From: Pseudomonadota bacterium
GTDB lineage: Bacteria > Desulfobacterota > Desulfobacteria > Desulfobacterales > RPRI01
Length of the DNA: 64,000 bases
Direction: 5' to 3'
Assembly: GCA_043825875.1 (NCBI GenBank)
Contig: JBDRRF010000109.1
Span: forward strand, 1 to 64,000
Each line of letters begins with the position of its first letter. Positions within the stretch are counted from its first letter, which is position 1. The position numbers and the translations under genes were made by a program. Of the stretch, positions 1 to 10,166 are shown one piece after another. The notes under the pieces were generated by a model that saw nothing but the letters and a program-made list of their open reading frames with translations, searched no databases and was not told the origin of the DNA.

Positions 1-139
1 CCAGTTTCAAAACGCCCCATTTTGGCCGATCTCTGCGTTGGGCTCAAATTTCAATCCTCGAAATACTAAATGTATTCCTGTGGTTGAAATTTTCTCCCGC
101 CTTGAGCTTGACCAAACTGAAACGTTTTGAAAGTGGCTC
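1..139. mobile_element. MITE, copy 1 (left end cut by window edge)
   Basis: Ends CCAGTTTCAAAACG...CGTTTTGAAAGTGGCTC are inverted repeats; a near-identical inverted copy lies at 36312-36499; no ORF. Confidence 0.85.
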
Positions 140-222
140 GAATAAAATCGCTTTTTATGTTACGGACTATACAAAGATTGATTTTTTGAGTTAATATAAT
201 TTTATCCACAAATACTAGGTTG

Positions 223-993
223 TCAATGTTTTCGTGTTGCCGGTTTATGCGAAAAGATAAAGATACACGACACGGTTAACACAAGAAGGGTGGCCGACGC
301 TGAGTAGCGGCTTAACTCCAAGCCGCCTTTGCTTATGGGTTTGTCAAGAAAATCGCCGATGACCGCGCCGAGCGGCCGGGTAAGGATGAATGCCGCCCAA
401 AACAGAGTGGTGCGGGATATGTTTGTTCGGTAGTACGCAACTGCGATTGCTGCCAACATTGCACCAAATACAATTGCACCACCAATATACCCAATACCGG
501 CTGTATCAGCTGTCCAATCGCCAAGGGCAGTGCCCAGGGTTTGCGAAAACATGATTGTTACCCAATAAAACATTTCAGATTTTGGCGAATTAACGGTATC
601 AACGGCTATCGAACCAAGTGTACGATACCAGAGAAATAATGATACCAACAGCAATGTGAATAATATTGTCGTTCCACCCGCATAGCCAATTCCAAGAGAA
701 CGATCCGCGAAATCCGCCAATGTCGTTCCCACTGTTGTTGTTGCAATAATTGTTGTCCAGTAAAGGACAGGATGGAATTTCTTCGCGTAAACCTGTGCTG
801 TTACTGCTATTACAAATATAGCTGCAAAGATTCCGGTACTTACGAGATAGCCGAGGTTCATTGACATGGATACGGCGTCCCCGCCAGTCTCACCAATGGT
901 TGTAGCGAGAATCTTTATAATCCAGAAGATCAAGGTTACTTCCGGAACTTTACTTAAAATCTCTTTTTCTTTAATATTCATTGTTTTCCTCAA
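223..993 (-). CDS. COG4705/DUF347-repeat membrane protein
   Basis: Repeated motifs KVPEVTLIFWIIKILATTIGETGGD, FYWVTIMFSQTLGTALGD and FWAAFILTRPLGA; hydrophobic throughout. Confidence 0.8.
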   Translation of the reverse strand: MRKTMNIKEKEILSKVPEVTLIFWIIKILATTIGETGGDAVSMSMNLGYLVSTGIFAAIFVIAVTAQVYAKKFHPVLYWTTIIATTTVGTTLADFADRSLGIGYAGGTTILFTLLLVSLFLWYRTLGSIAVDTVNSPKSEMFYWVTIMFSQTLGTALGDWTADTAGIGYIGGAIVFGAMLAAIAVAYYRTNISRTTLFWAAFILTRPLGAVIGDFLDKPISKGGLELSRYSASATLLVLTVSCIFIFSHKPATRKH

Positions 994-1714
994 TTCAATT
1001 GGGATAATGGTTGATGTTGCTACTTAGAAGATGCTTTAACATATTTTTATACCATATCGATTCTGTAGATGATTTCTATAATAAACACTGGCATCGTGAA
1101 GAATTAATGAAGATGTTCAATTGCCGGAATAATAAGTGTGTTACATATATTTATGCGAGAAATTTTTAACAGAAAAAATAAAGCAAGAAATATTTTTTAG
1201 CAATGGTATGAAAAAAGTTGTGAGCTTTAAAAGATATTTCAGCTAAACAGAGTTTGCTTTCCAAAACGGCTTAAAGCATGGTAACTCGATGTTCAGTCAG
1301 TGCGTATGGATTGGCACGGCGAATTCCACCATAAACTTTAAGAGACAACTTATGAGTCCAAGTTTATAAATTCCTGATTTGTAAGTTGAAACAATAAAGC
1401 TTCCGGAAGTCTTAAACATTCGGTTAATTCCATAAATTCATAGTAATTAAATGGGATTTAAGGGAAAATATAGTTTTTTTATGAACTTGACATAAAGATT
1501 AATCGTCTGTTAAATAATCGGGCACTATAACAATTATAATGCCGTAAAAAGTCAAAAAAATCCTGTTTTGTCATGTCGGACTTGATAAGCGTGTTCCGGC
1601 ATGTTGTGAGCCGGGGGCATCCGGTTAATTTAATATGTTTCGGATGTCAGCTTTTACCAGTATGACGATGTGAGGTTTTTTACGGTTTCATCAACATTAT
1701 TTCAGGAGGTAATT

Positions 1715-4108
1715 ATGAGAAAAATAAGAACTGCCGCTGTTATCGGCTCCGGTGTTATGGGTGGAGGAATAGCAGCACTTATCGCCAGTGCAGGTATCAA
1801 GACACTGTTGCTGGATATTGTTCCGTTCGATTTGACAGATGAGCAGAAAAAAGACCCTAAGGAAAGAAATAAAATAGTAAAGGCCGGTTTGGATTCCATT
1901 ATAAAATCAAGACCACCACAACTTATGCATAAAAAAGATGCCGATCTTATCTCAATAGGAAATCTTGAGGACGATTTTGATAAGCTTGCATCATGTGATT
2001 GGATCGTTGAAGTAGTTCTTGAAAATCTTAAAATTAAACGCGATCTTTTCACAAAAATTGAAAAAGTCAGAAAACAAGGCTCCATTGTTTCCTCAAATAC
2101 TTCCGGTATTCCTTTAAAATCAATGTCGGAAGGACTCAGCGATGATTTTAAAAAACATTTTATGGGGATACATTTTTTCAATCCTGTAAGATATATGAAG
2201 CTTCTTGAAATTATACCAGGAGCTGAAACACTTCCGGAAGTGCTTAGCTTCATGTCTGATTTCGGGGAAAAAATCCTTGGTAAAGGAATTGTAATAGCAA
2301 AGGATACCCCGAATTTTATTGGAAACAGAATAGGTGTCCAGACTATGATCAAATCCATGCAGCTTATGATGGAAGAAGGACTTAAGATTCATGAGGTGGA
2401 TGCTCTCCTTGGGCCTGCCATTGGCAGACCGTCTACAGCGATATTCAAGACTTCCGATATGATAGGCCTTGATACGGTGGGGCATGTTTCAAAAAACACC
2501 TATGAGCTTGTTGTAAATGATGAAGAAAGGGATACCTTTGTTATTCCTGATTTTATTAATAAAATGATTGATAAAAAGCTCCTTGGAAATAAAACTAAGG
2601 CGGGTTTTTATAAGACTGAAAAAACGCCTGACAAAAAGAAACTTAAAAAGGTGATAAACCCCGCAACATTAGAATATGAAGAATTTGGAAAACCTGATTT
2701 TGCCTGCCTTGGAGAAGCAAAAAAAGCAAGAACACTTTCCGATAAATTAAAAGCAATAGTTTATGCTGATGACAAGGGTGCAAAGTATGTATGGAAAGTA
2801 ATTGCAAACGGACTGATATATGCAGCAACAAGAATTCCGGAAATATCGGATACTATAATTGAAATAGATAACTCAATGAAATGGGGCTACAATTATGAAA
2901 TGGGTCCCTTTGAAACATGGGATGCAATTGGTGTTCAAAAATCAGTTGAAATGATGGAAAAAGAGGGCTTGAAAGTTCCTGAAAATGTGAAAAACATGCT
3001 GGCATCAGGAATAACATCATTTTATAAAACCGAAAACGGCAAAATATCCTATTATGATTTTAGCACCAAAGGTTATGTTGAATATGTTGTAAGCAGCAAT
3101 ATAATTTCTATTGCAGGGCTTAAAGCAAATAATAAGATTGTAAAAGACAGTAAATCAGCATCTATTGTAGATCTGGGTGATGGCGTTTTCTGCTGTGAAT
3201 TTCATACCAAGATGAATGCATTAAATAACGAGGTTATAGATTTCATTAATGAATCTCTTGATTATGTAGATCAGAATGGTGCAGGTCTTGTTATCGGCAA
3301 TCAGTCCGGAGTATTTTCGGCTGGAGCCGATCTGGTTCCGGTTGGCGCACTGACCAAAGAAAAGAAATTTGATGAAATTGATGCTATGCTGGAAAGGATT
3401 CAGCAGGCGGTCCAGAGAGAAAGATATTCTTCTTTTCCGGTTGTTGCAGCGCCATATGGTTTAACTCTTGGCGGTGGTTGCGAAGTATGCCTTGGAGCAG
3501 ACAGGATGGTTGTCCATTCCGAGCTTTATATGGGGCTTGTTGAAATAGGAGTCGGATTAATTCCTTCCGGTGGCGGATGTTTGAATCTCTGGAAAAAATT
3601 TGTATCAACAATTCCCGAAGCAAGTATAAGAGGAATTGATCTGGCTAAATATTTTATTCCTGCTTTTATGGCGATTTCATCAGCAAAGGTTTCAAGTTCT
3701 GCTGCTGATGCAAGATCTATAGGATTTTTAGGGCCAAATGACAGGATAGTATTTAACCGCGATTATCTTATCGGCGAAGCGAAAAAAGAAGTATTAAAGA
3801 TGCTTGATGAAGGTTATGCTCCTCCTGTTAAAAGAAAGCTTTTGGTATTCGGTGATGCAGCCCAGGGCATGGTTAATGTTGAAATGTTAAACATGTTCAA
3901 TGGAAAATATGTCAGCGAGTATGATGCCTTTCTGGCAAAAAGAATCGGTATTGTAATAAGCGGCGGAGATGTCAGATCAAACAGCCAAATTGATGAAGAA
4001 ATAATTTTAAAGCTTGAAAGACAAGCCTTTATTGATTTTCTGCATGAAGAAAAAACAGTGGCAAGAATCGATCATATGTTGTCGACAGGCAAGCCTCTTA
4101 GAAACTAA
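1715..4108 (+). CDS. fadN: 3-hydroxyacyl-CoA dehydrogenase / enoyl-CoA hydratase fusion (FadN-like)
   Basis: N-terminal GSGVMG Rossmann motif, SNTSG and HFFNP; C-terminal crotonase domain (FSAGADL, GGGCE, GLVE). Start moved to ATG 1715, which follows a GGAGG RBS. Confidence 0.88.
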   Translation: MRKIRTAAVIGSGVMGGGIAALIASAGIKTLLLDIVPFDLTDEQKKDPKERNKIVKAGLDSIIKSRPPQLMHKKDADLISIGNLEDDFDKLASCDWIVEVVLENLKIKRDLFTKIEKVRKQGSIVSSNTSGIPLKSMSEGLSDDFKKHFMGIHFFNPVRYMKLLEIIPGAETLPEVLSFMSDFGEKILGKGIVIAKDTPNFIGNRIGVQTMIKSMQLMMEEGLKIHEVDALLGPAIGRPSTAIFKTSDMIGLDTVGHVSKNTYELVVNDEERDTFVIPDFINKMIDKKLLGNKTKAGFYKTEKTPDKKKLKKVINPATLEYEEFGKPDFACLGEAKKARTLSDKLKAIVYADDKGAKYVWKVIANGLIYAATRIPEISDTIIEIDNSMKWGYNYEMGPFETWDAIGVQKSVEMMEKEGLKVPENVKNMLASGITSFYKTENGKISYYDFSTKGYVEYVVSSNIISIAGLKANNKIVKDSKSASIVDLGDGVFCCEFHTKMNALNNEVIDFINESLDYVDQNGAGLVIGNQSGVFSAGADLVPVGALTKEKKFDEIDAMLERIQQAVQRERYSSFPVVAAPYGLTLGGGCEVCLGADRMVVHSELYMGLVEIGVGLIPSGGGCLNLWKKFVSTIPEASIRGIDLAKYFIPAFMAISSAKVSSSAADARSIGFLGPNDRIVFNRDYLIGEAKKEVLKMLDEGYAPPVKRKLLVFGDAAQGMVNVEMLNMFNGKYVSEYDAFLAKRIGIVISGGDVRSNSQIDEEIILKLERQAFIDFLHEEKTVARIDHMLSTGKPLRN

Positions 4109-4143
4109 TAATTGAATATCTTAATCTCAGGGAGGAAAACTAA

Positions 4144-5322
4144 ATGAGAGATGCATATATAGTAACAGCAGTAAGAACCCCAGGCTGCAAAAGCGCAAGA
4201 GGGACTTTTAAGGATACAAGACCGGAAGATCTCCTGGCTTTTATTGTTAGTGCAGCTGTTGAAAGAACACCTAATATTGAAAAGAAAGATGTTGAGGATT
4301 TTGCGATTGGTTGTGCTTTTCCTGAAGCCGAGCAAGGGCTTAATATCGGTCGCGTTGGCGCACAGATAGCCGGCTTTCCCGATGAAACATCAGGATTTAC
4401 AATTAACCGTTTATGCTCTTCAGGGCTTGAGGCCATAGCTGGCGCCACCTTACGGGTAAGGGCAGGCTGGTCTGAAATAGTTATTGCAGGCGGTGTGGAA
4501 TCTATGACCATGGTTCCTATGGCAGGAAATCTTCCAAGACCACACCCGGAATATGCAAAAACTCATGCCGCTCTTTGGGGCAATATGGGAAATACAGCTG
4601 AAACAGTGGCAACCCGTTATAATATTTCCCGCCAGGCCCAGGATGAATTTGCGTTTAATTCCCATATGAAGGCTACAGAAGCATTAAACAAGAAGCTTTT
4701 TAAAGAGATAGTGCCAACACCTGCAATAAAATATGTTCTTCAAAAGGACGGAACTTTTAAAAAAGAGACTTTTATAATTGACTATGATGATGGAATCCGG
4801 CCCCAAACAACTGTAGAAGGTCTGGGCAAATTAAGGGCTGTTTTTTCTGTGGGCGGTACTGTTACTGCCGGAAACTCTTCACAGACAACCGATGCAGCCG
4901 GAGCCGCAATTATAATGAGTGAAGATAAAGTAAAAGAATTAGGTATAAAGCCACTCGCAAAAGTAAAATGCTATACCACGGTCGGCTGTCGTGCCGATGA
5001 GATGGGCGTAGGGCCAAAATATGCAATTCCAAAACTATTAAAAATTGCAGGAGTTGATTTAAAAGAAATAGGGTTGTTTGAAATAAACGAAGCATTTGCT
5101 TCACAGGCCCTGTACTGCATTCAGGAACTAGGAATTGACATGGCTAAAGTAAACATCCATGGCGGTGCAATTGCTCTTGGTCATCCTCTTGGAGCTACCG
5201 GTGCCAAGCTGACCGCGACTCTTTTGTCAAACATGAGGGAAAAAGGCGTTAAATACGGAGTAGAATCCATGTGCGTCGGCGGCGGTATGGGAGCTGCGGC
5301 TTTGTTTGAGTTATGTGATTAG
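4144..5322 (+). CDS. fadA: acetyl-CoA C-acyltransferase (3-ketoacyl-CoA thiolase)
   Basis: NRLCSSG, NEAF, GHPLGATG and MCVGGGMG thiolase motifs; in an operon with the fadN-like gene. Confidence 0.92.
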   Translation: MRDAYIVTAVRTPGCKSARGTFKDTRPEDLLAFIVSAAVERTPNIEKKDVEDFAIGCAFPEAEQGLNIGRVGAQIAGFPDETSGFTINRLCSSGLEAIAGATLRVRAGWSEIVIAGGVESMTMVPMAGNLPRPHPEYAKTHAALWGNMGNTAETVATRYNISRQAQDEFAFNSHMKATEALNKKLFKEIVPTPAIKYVLQKDGTFKKETFIIDYDDGIRPQTTVEGLGKLRAVFSVGGTVTAGNSSQTTDAAGAAIIMSEDKVKELGIKPLAKVKCYTTVGCRADEMGVGPKYAIPKLLKIAGVDLKEIGLFEINEAFASQALYCIQELGIDMAKVNIHGGAIALGHPLGATGAKLTATLLSNMREKGVKYGVESMCVGGGMGAAALFELCD

Positions 5323-5355
5323 TCATTTATTGTAAATAGTATTGTTATAAATAAT

Positions 5356-5385
5356 AAAGGCCGCTCTTTTTTAGGGCGGCCTTTT
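5356..5385 (+). terminator. intrinsic terminator
   Basis: AAAGGCCGCTC-TTTTTA-GGGCGGCCTTTT hairpin just after the thiolase stop. Confidence 0.75.
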
Positions 5386-5664
5386 GTTATTATGCTTTTT
5401 TGTTTATAGAGTTTGTCAAAACAATGTTTTGAGATTGATTCAAACTCCTGGTTTGGTATTTTTATTTTAAATCAAACGAATTAAGCAGCGCTCTGTTATT
5501 GGGGCCTGTCGGATTTTAGCATATCTTGTCTTTCTTGTACTGTTCATATGATGGAGTCTCTTTTTTTGATATTGATGGTCCATTATTGCTCTTCATTTCT
5601 TGCATACGATTAGATCCGTTCAAGATATAAAAAAAGCCTCTCCTTTTTTATATGGAAAGTCAAA

Positions 5665-7401
5665 TTACCAGTTAAAAACCTGATCCAGCTCTTCATCTTT
5701 AACTATAAAAGTTGTATTGTGGGGCGGAAGCGTTTCGTTTTTGAAGAATTCGGGAAGCCTGTCATGCTTTGGAGTAAAACCGGCTTTTATGTTAAATTCT
5801 CTTTCATTTTTTAATATGGATTTTCCAAGATCAATAAAATCTTCTTTTGTCATATCAAGGCCTGTAAAACTATTAATAAGATCTAAAAAGGTTTGGAAAT
5901 TTTCCGGTTTGCTTAAAATTGCATAATTTATAAATAAACACATTCCTGTTGAGTCAAGCGCAGCAGTTGCTATCTGCAATATTCTTGAAAGCTCTATCAG
6001 GCAATCATTTTTTTTCGAGTCAATTTTAATTCCCAAGCCTGAAAGATTCGTTAAACGGGCATTTCCGGCTGTATGATCTGCTCCCATAGGACTTGTTGCA
6101 TAAGTAACGCCCATACCCTGAATAGCACGTGGATCATAGGCTGACAATGACTGGCCCTTTACGACAGGGACTCTTTCCACACCAAATACTTTGCCGGTCA
6201 CGGCAGCACCGTTTCCGAGAATGCGGCCAAGAGGAGTTCCTTTTCCAACTTCTTTAACCAGATTTATCGCAGCATCAGCGTCTCCGAATTTTGCAATCCC
6301 TGCATCCATTGCAACCGCAATCGCTGCTCCTATTTCTATGGTATCAAGCCCGAAATCATCATCTAAGCGGTCAAGCATAGCTATTGTATCAAGATCGTCT
6401 ATACCGCAGTTTGCACCATGAGCCCACACAGTTTCATATTCCGGTTGTTTCGTCAGGTAATTACCGTCTTTGTCGTTAAAAATTCCTGAGCACCTGATAA
6501 CACATCCCCTGTGACAACCAAGAGTGACAACACCTCCACGGGCTCTTTCCGTTTCCACCAGTGTTTCGCCACTTATTTTTGAAACGCCGGTAAACTTACC
6601 CATTTTGAAATTGTTTGTAGGTAATCCTCCTGATTCATTCATTACATTCATTAATGCATTGGTTCCTAAAGCAGGAAGACCCTTTCCGGTAACGGGATTA
6701 TTTTTAAGAGCCTGACCAAAATTTTTATTTGCTTCTTTGAATTTTTCAGGATTTTTCGGACTTCTGTTTGGCATGTCGGTATCATCTAACACAATAACTT
6801 TTACACCTTTTGCTCCCATTACGGCTCCGGTGCCGCCACGCCCTGCATGGCGGGTCGGCCTTAATTCCATATCCGTAAAGGCAATAGAGGCCGCAGACAT
6901 TTTCATTTCTCCGGCAGGGCCAATCGATATGCAGCAGATCTTATCCCCGAATTCTTTTTTCATCCTGTTTATGAGATCGTAATTGCCAAGCATTTCAAGA
7001 CTGCTGTCGGCAATTATTTTTACCCCGTCTTTATTGATGGTAATTTTATAAAGAGTATCGTCTTTAGGCTTTCCCTCAAGAACAATAGCCGCATAACCAA
7101 GTCTTGCCAAAACCTGGGCGGGTTGTCCTCCGGCATTTGACTCTTTTATGCCTCCGGTTAGTGGGCTTTTACAGCCTACTGAAATGCGGCCCGACATGGC
7201 GGCAAGTGATCCGCTCAAAAGGCCTGGAGCAATTACAAGCTTATTATCAGTGCCAAGAGGGTGGCTTAGTGGAGGGACTTCTTTTGACACTATAGCGGAA
7301 GTCATGGCTCTTCCTCCAAGACCTGCGTAATCGCCAAGAGGATTAATTACAACAGAAGGGCCTTTTTCTTCTCCCATATTGATTCTTAATATCTTGTCCA
7401 T
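5665..7401 (-). CDS. aor: aldehyde:ferredoxin oxidoreductase family (W/Mo) protein, AOR-2
   Basis: KSPLTGGIKESNAGG, HAGRGGTGAVMG, PEYET, DTIE and GADH motifs. Likely start is MDKILRIN at 7401 (GGGAG RBS); the longer ORF-track start runs through a repeat. Confidence 0.9.
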   Translation of the reverse strand: MDKILRINMGEEKGPSVVINPLGDYAGLGGRAMTSAIVSKEVPPLSHPLGTDNKLVIAPGLLSGSLAAMSGRISVGCKSPLTGGIKESNAGGQPAQVLARLGYAAIVLEGKPKDDTLYKITINKDGVKIIADSSLEMLGNYDLINRMKKEFGDKICCISIGPAGEMKMSAASIAFTDMELRPTRHAGRGGTGAVMGAKGVKVIVLDDTDMPNRSPKNPEKFKEANKNFGQALKNNPVTGKGLPALGTNALMNVMNESGGLPTNNFKMGKFTGVSKISGETLVETERARGGVVTLGCHRGCVIRCSGIFNDKDGNYLTKQPEYETVWAHGANCGIDDLDTIAMLDRLDDDFGLDTIEIGAAIAVAMDAGIAKFGDADAAINLVKEVGKGTPLGRILGNGAAVTGKVFGVERVPVVKGQSLSAYDPRAIQGMGVTYATSPMGADHTAGNARLTNLSGLGIKIDSKKNDCLIELSRILQIATAALDSTGMCLFINYAILSKPENFQTFLDLINSFTGLDMTKEDFIDLGKSILKNEREFNIKAGFTPKHDRLPEFFKNETLPPHNTTFIVKDEELDQVFNW

Positions 7402-7462
7402 AATATGACTCCCATCATTGTTGGGTTTAACAATTTGGATCTTCACCAAATGATTTGGGGAA

Positions 7463-7600
7463 AAGGGGCCCAGGATTCGAGGGTTCAAGGATTCAAGTGG
7501 TTGCTTTTTGCTGTTGTCTTGTGTCCATTAAACATAGCTGATAGGGTTGTTTCCGGGCCTTGTACTAGAATCCTGGAATCCCTGGCCCCTTGAACCCTTA
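7463..7600. repeat. inverted pair of degenerate 8-bp tandem repeats
   Basis: GGATTCGA-GGGTTCAA-GGATTCAA on the left and TAGAATCC-TGGAATCC-CTGGCCCC-TTGAACCC on the right. Confidence 0.7.
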
Positions 7601-7610
7601 CCATTATTAT

Positions 7611-8459
7611 TTATAAAACAAGACCTGTATAAAAGATGTCCGGAACGGAGGTATCGGTCAGGGAAGGGCTTGGTGTATCCAAAAGTATTTTATCGTTAAT
7701 ATTTAAGCCCAGTTTCATACTCAAATCTTTAAGATAAGAAGAACTTTTCGGTAATTGTACTCTTACTATCATATCAAATTCTTCTTCTTTTGTTTGGTCG
7801 TTTTCATTAAATGTAACTAAAAGATTATTTGTTTCTTCATTTTCCTTTAGTTCTTTTATCTCGCCTTCCACAATAGTAATGCCACCTGTTATTTCATTTT
7901 CATGAGCCTTGATTATTTTTTCCTTATCCGAAACAAAGATGGATACAGCTAAATCCTCAACCTTTTGAAGAGCTAATACAGCCTCACAAACGGCATAGGA
8001 AGCAAGATAATTATTATCACCATTTATAATAAAAGCGATTTTTTGCGGAATCTCTCCATCAAATGGGCGCATAACTAGTCCACCTGTAGGACCATTTAAT
8101 GAGAGCATGCTTTCAAATTGAAAAGCATTTATAACATTAATATATTCATTTACCATTGGAGTAGAACTTACCATTTCGGGTGCGATAATGATCTCATCAA
8201 TCGATAATTCAACAAAGTCATCTTCTTCTTCAAAAACTATCGCTTTGGGTTGGCATACCGCCAGGCAGAGTCCGCATCCTAAGCACCTGCGGCAGCTAAG
8301 ACACCTTTTTGCTTCTTCTTTTGCTTTTTCAGTCCTAAAACCCAACTCAACTTCTTCAAAATTGCTTATACGATCTTTGACTTCCAGTTCAGGCATATGC
8401 TGCCTTTTACAAGGAATGTCATTAAAGTCTATTATATATCTTTGCTGTATTTCTCCCAT
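7611..8459 (-). CDS. GltD C-terminal tail/4Fe-4S segment fused to a degenerate HdrA-like domain
   Basis: FEEVELG...EEAKRCLSCRRCLGCGLCLAVC matches the middle of the 1496-aa paralog; the HdrA part lacks the QCVGSR/CSxxCC cysteines. Confidence 0.7.
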   Translation of the reverse strand: MGEIQQRYIIDFNDIPCKRQHMPELEVKDRISNFEEVELGFRTEKAKEEAKRCLSCRRCLGCGLCLAVCQPKAIVFEEEDDFVELSIDEIIIAPEMVSSTPMVNEYINVINAFQFESMLSLNGPTGGLVMRPFDGEIPQKIAFIINGDNNYLASYAVCEAVLALQKVEDLAVSIFVSDKEKIIKAHENEITGGITIVEGEIKELKENEETNNLLVTFNENDQTKEEEFDMIVRVQLPKSSSYLKDLSMKLGLNINDKILLDTPSPSLTDTSVPDIFYTGLVL

Positions 8460-8476
8460 GGTATTACTATTTTCCT

Positions 8477-10138
8477 TTAAGATATTCGTCTCAGATATTC
8501 GTCTATGGATAAAGCCGCTTTTTTCCCTGCCGCAACCGCTTCAATTGCAATATTCGGCCCGGTAACACAATCACCACCGGCAAAGATTCCCTGCCTGTTG
8601 GTGCAACACTGTCGGGAATCGGCAACAATGGTTCCCCATTTAGTCGTTTCCACGGTGTCATTTTCAGGCAGAAACGAAAGGTCGGATTTTTGTCCTATAG
8701 CAGGGATTATCATATCAAGCTCAATATCAAATTCCGATCCTTCTATGGTTACGGGTCTTCTTCTTCCTGATGCATCGGGCTCGCCCAGTTGCATGCGAAT
8801 GCATTTTAAGCCGGCAACCTTCCCATTATCTATAAGTACTTGTTGAGGTGCTACCAGATATTCAAATTTAATGCCTTCGGCTAAGGCAGCATCAATCTCT
8901 TCTCCACTTGCCGGCATCTCTTCTCTTGATCTTCTATAAAGGATTGATACTTCCTTTGCTCCAAAACGAAGAGAAGATCGGGCTGAATCCATAGCAACAT
9001 TTCCGCCGCCGATAACTGCGACTTTTTTACCTAACTGCACTTCTTTCCCAAGATTAAGGTCGCGAAGATATGTGACACCGGAAACAACACCTGTTGTATC
9101 TTCACCGTCAATTCTTAAATTCTGGCCCTTATGTGCTCCAACTGCAATAAAAACAGATTCAAAACCCTGATTAAAAAGATCATCAACCGACATGTCCTTT
9201 CCTATGCGAATGCCGGTCTTTATTTGGGCTCCGAGTTTTGTAACAATATCTATCTCTTTGTTTAAAAGATCTCTGGGCAAGCGGTATTTCGGAATGCCTA
9301 CTGCGAGCATTCCACCGGCAACCGGAAGTTCCTCGAATATCACGACCTCATAACCCATTACAGCAAGATCATGAGCACAGGCAAGCCCAGCAGGTCCGGC
9401 ACCGATTATGGCTACTTTTTTACCATTGGGTTTAGCTTTTTGTATGATTTCATCATAACCATCTTCGATTTCAGCGTCGGCTACAAATCGTTTCAGATCA
9501 CGAATGCAAAGAGGGGCATCCTTATTTGCGCGGTTGCATTTTTCCTCACAGGGATGGGGGCATATTCTTCCTATCGTAGCTGGAAAAGGCAGTTTTTCGC
9601 GTATTAAATTTAAAGCTTCTTTATACTTGCCATCTGCTATCAAACCCACATACCCCCGAACATCAAGATGAACCGGGCAGGTTTCTTCGCATATGGGCCT
9701 TTCTTTTATAATACCGTAAGATTTTGTTTCCGAATTAAAATAATCGACAGCAGTTCTTAAGCCAAGCCCGTTGGAATAATCATCACGTAAGTTAACCGGA
9801 CAAACTTTTATGCATTCCTTGCAGTCATTGCACTTGTCTTCCAATACCCGCAAAGCCGTTTTCTTAATTTTTATCTTAAAACTTCCATTTTCTTTCCGGG
9901 CATCTTCTATAACTCCATTGGATATAATATGGATATTCGGATGTTTTTTTGCTTCCTCCCATTTGGAAGAGACAAAAGGAGTTTTATGTTTTAAATAATC
10001 AACCGGGAATAATTTTTCTCCGCTTAATCCCGGTGCACTTTCAACAAGATAGACAAGTTTACCTTCTTCAGCCATATCAAGAGCAGACTGAATACCGGAT
10101 AGACTGCTTCCAATAACGAGTACCTTTTTCCCTTCCAC
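8477..10138 (-). CDS. HdrA N-terminal fragment + ferredoxin + GltD/NfnB-like NAD(P)H flavoprotein
   Basis: CEETCPVHLDV, GRICPHPCE, GAGPAG, GGGNVAMD, YRRS and FAGGD motifs; GTG start. Confidence 0.85.
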   Translation of the reverse strand: MEGKKVLVIGSSLSGIQSALDMAEEGKLVYLVESAPGLSGEKLFPVDYLKHKTPFVSSKWEEAKKHPNIHIISNGVIEDARKENGSFKIKIKKTALRVLEDKCNDCKECIKVCPVNLRDDYSNGLGLRTAVDYFNSETKSYGIIKERPICEETCPVHLDVRGYVGLIADGKYKEALNLIREKLPFPATIGRICPHPCEEKCNRANKDAPLCIRDLKRFVADAEIEDGYDEIIQKAKPNGKKVAIIGAGPAGLACAHDLAVMGYEVVIFEELPVAGGMLAVGIPKYRLPRDLLNKEIDIVTKLGAQIKTGIRIGKDMSVDDLFNQGFESVFIAVGAHKGQNLRIDGEDTTGVVSGVTYLRDLNLGKEVQLGKKVAVIGGGNVAMDSARSSLRFGAKEVSILYRRSREEMPASGEEIDAALAEGIKFEYLVAPQQVLIDNGKVAGLKCIRMQLGEPDASGRRRPVTIEGSEFDIELDMIIPAIGQKSDLSFLPENDTVETTKWGTIVADSRQCCTNRQGIFAGGDCVTGPNIAIEAVAAGKKAALSIDEYLRRIS

Positions 10139-10166
10139 TACTTTACTTCCTTTTTAAGTTTCATGC

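Noticed and set aside
1311..1327. TGGCACG as a sigma54 promoter upstream of fadN
   Set aside because: The -12 position reads TC rather than GC.
1560..1670. Possible riboswitch upstream of fadN
   Set aside because: GTCATGTCGGACTTGAT...ATGAC looks like a degenerate REP-like repeat; no recognisable aptamer.
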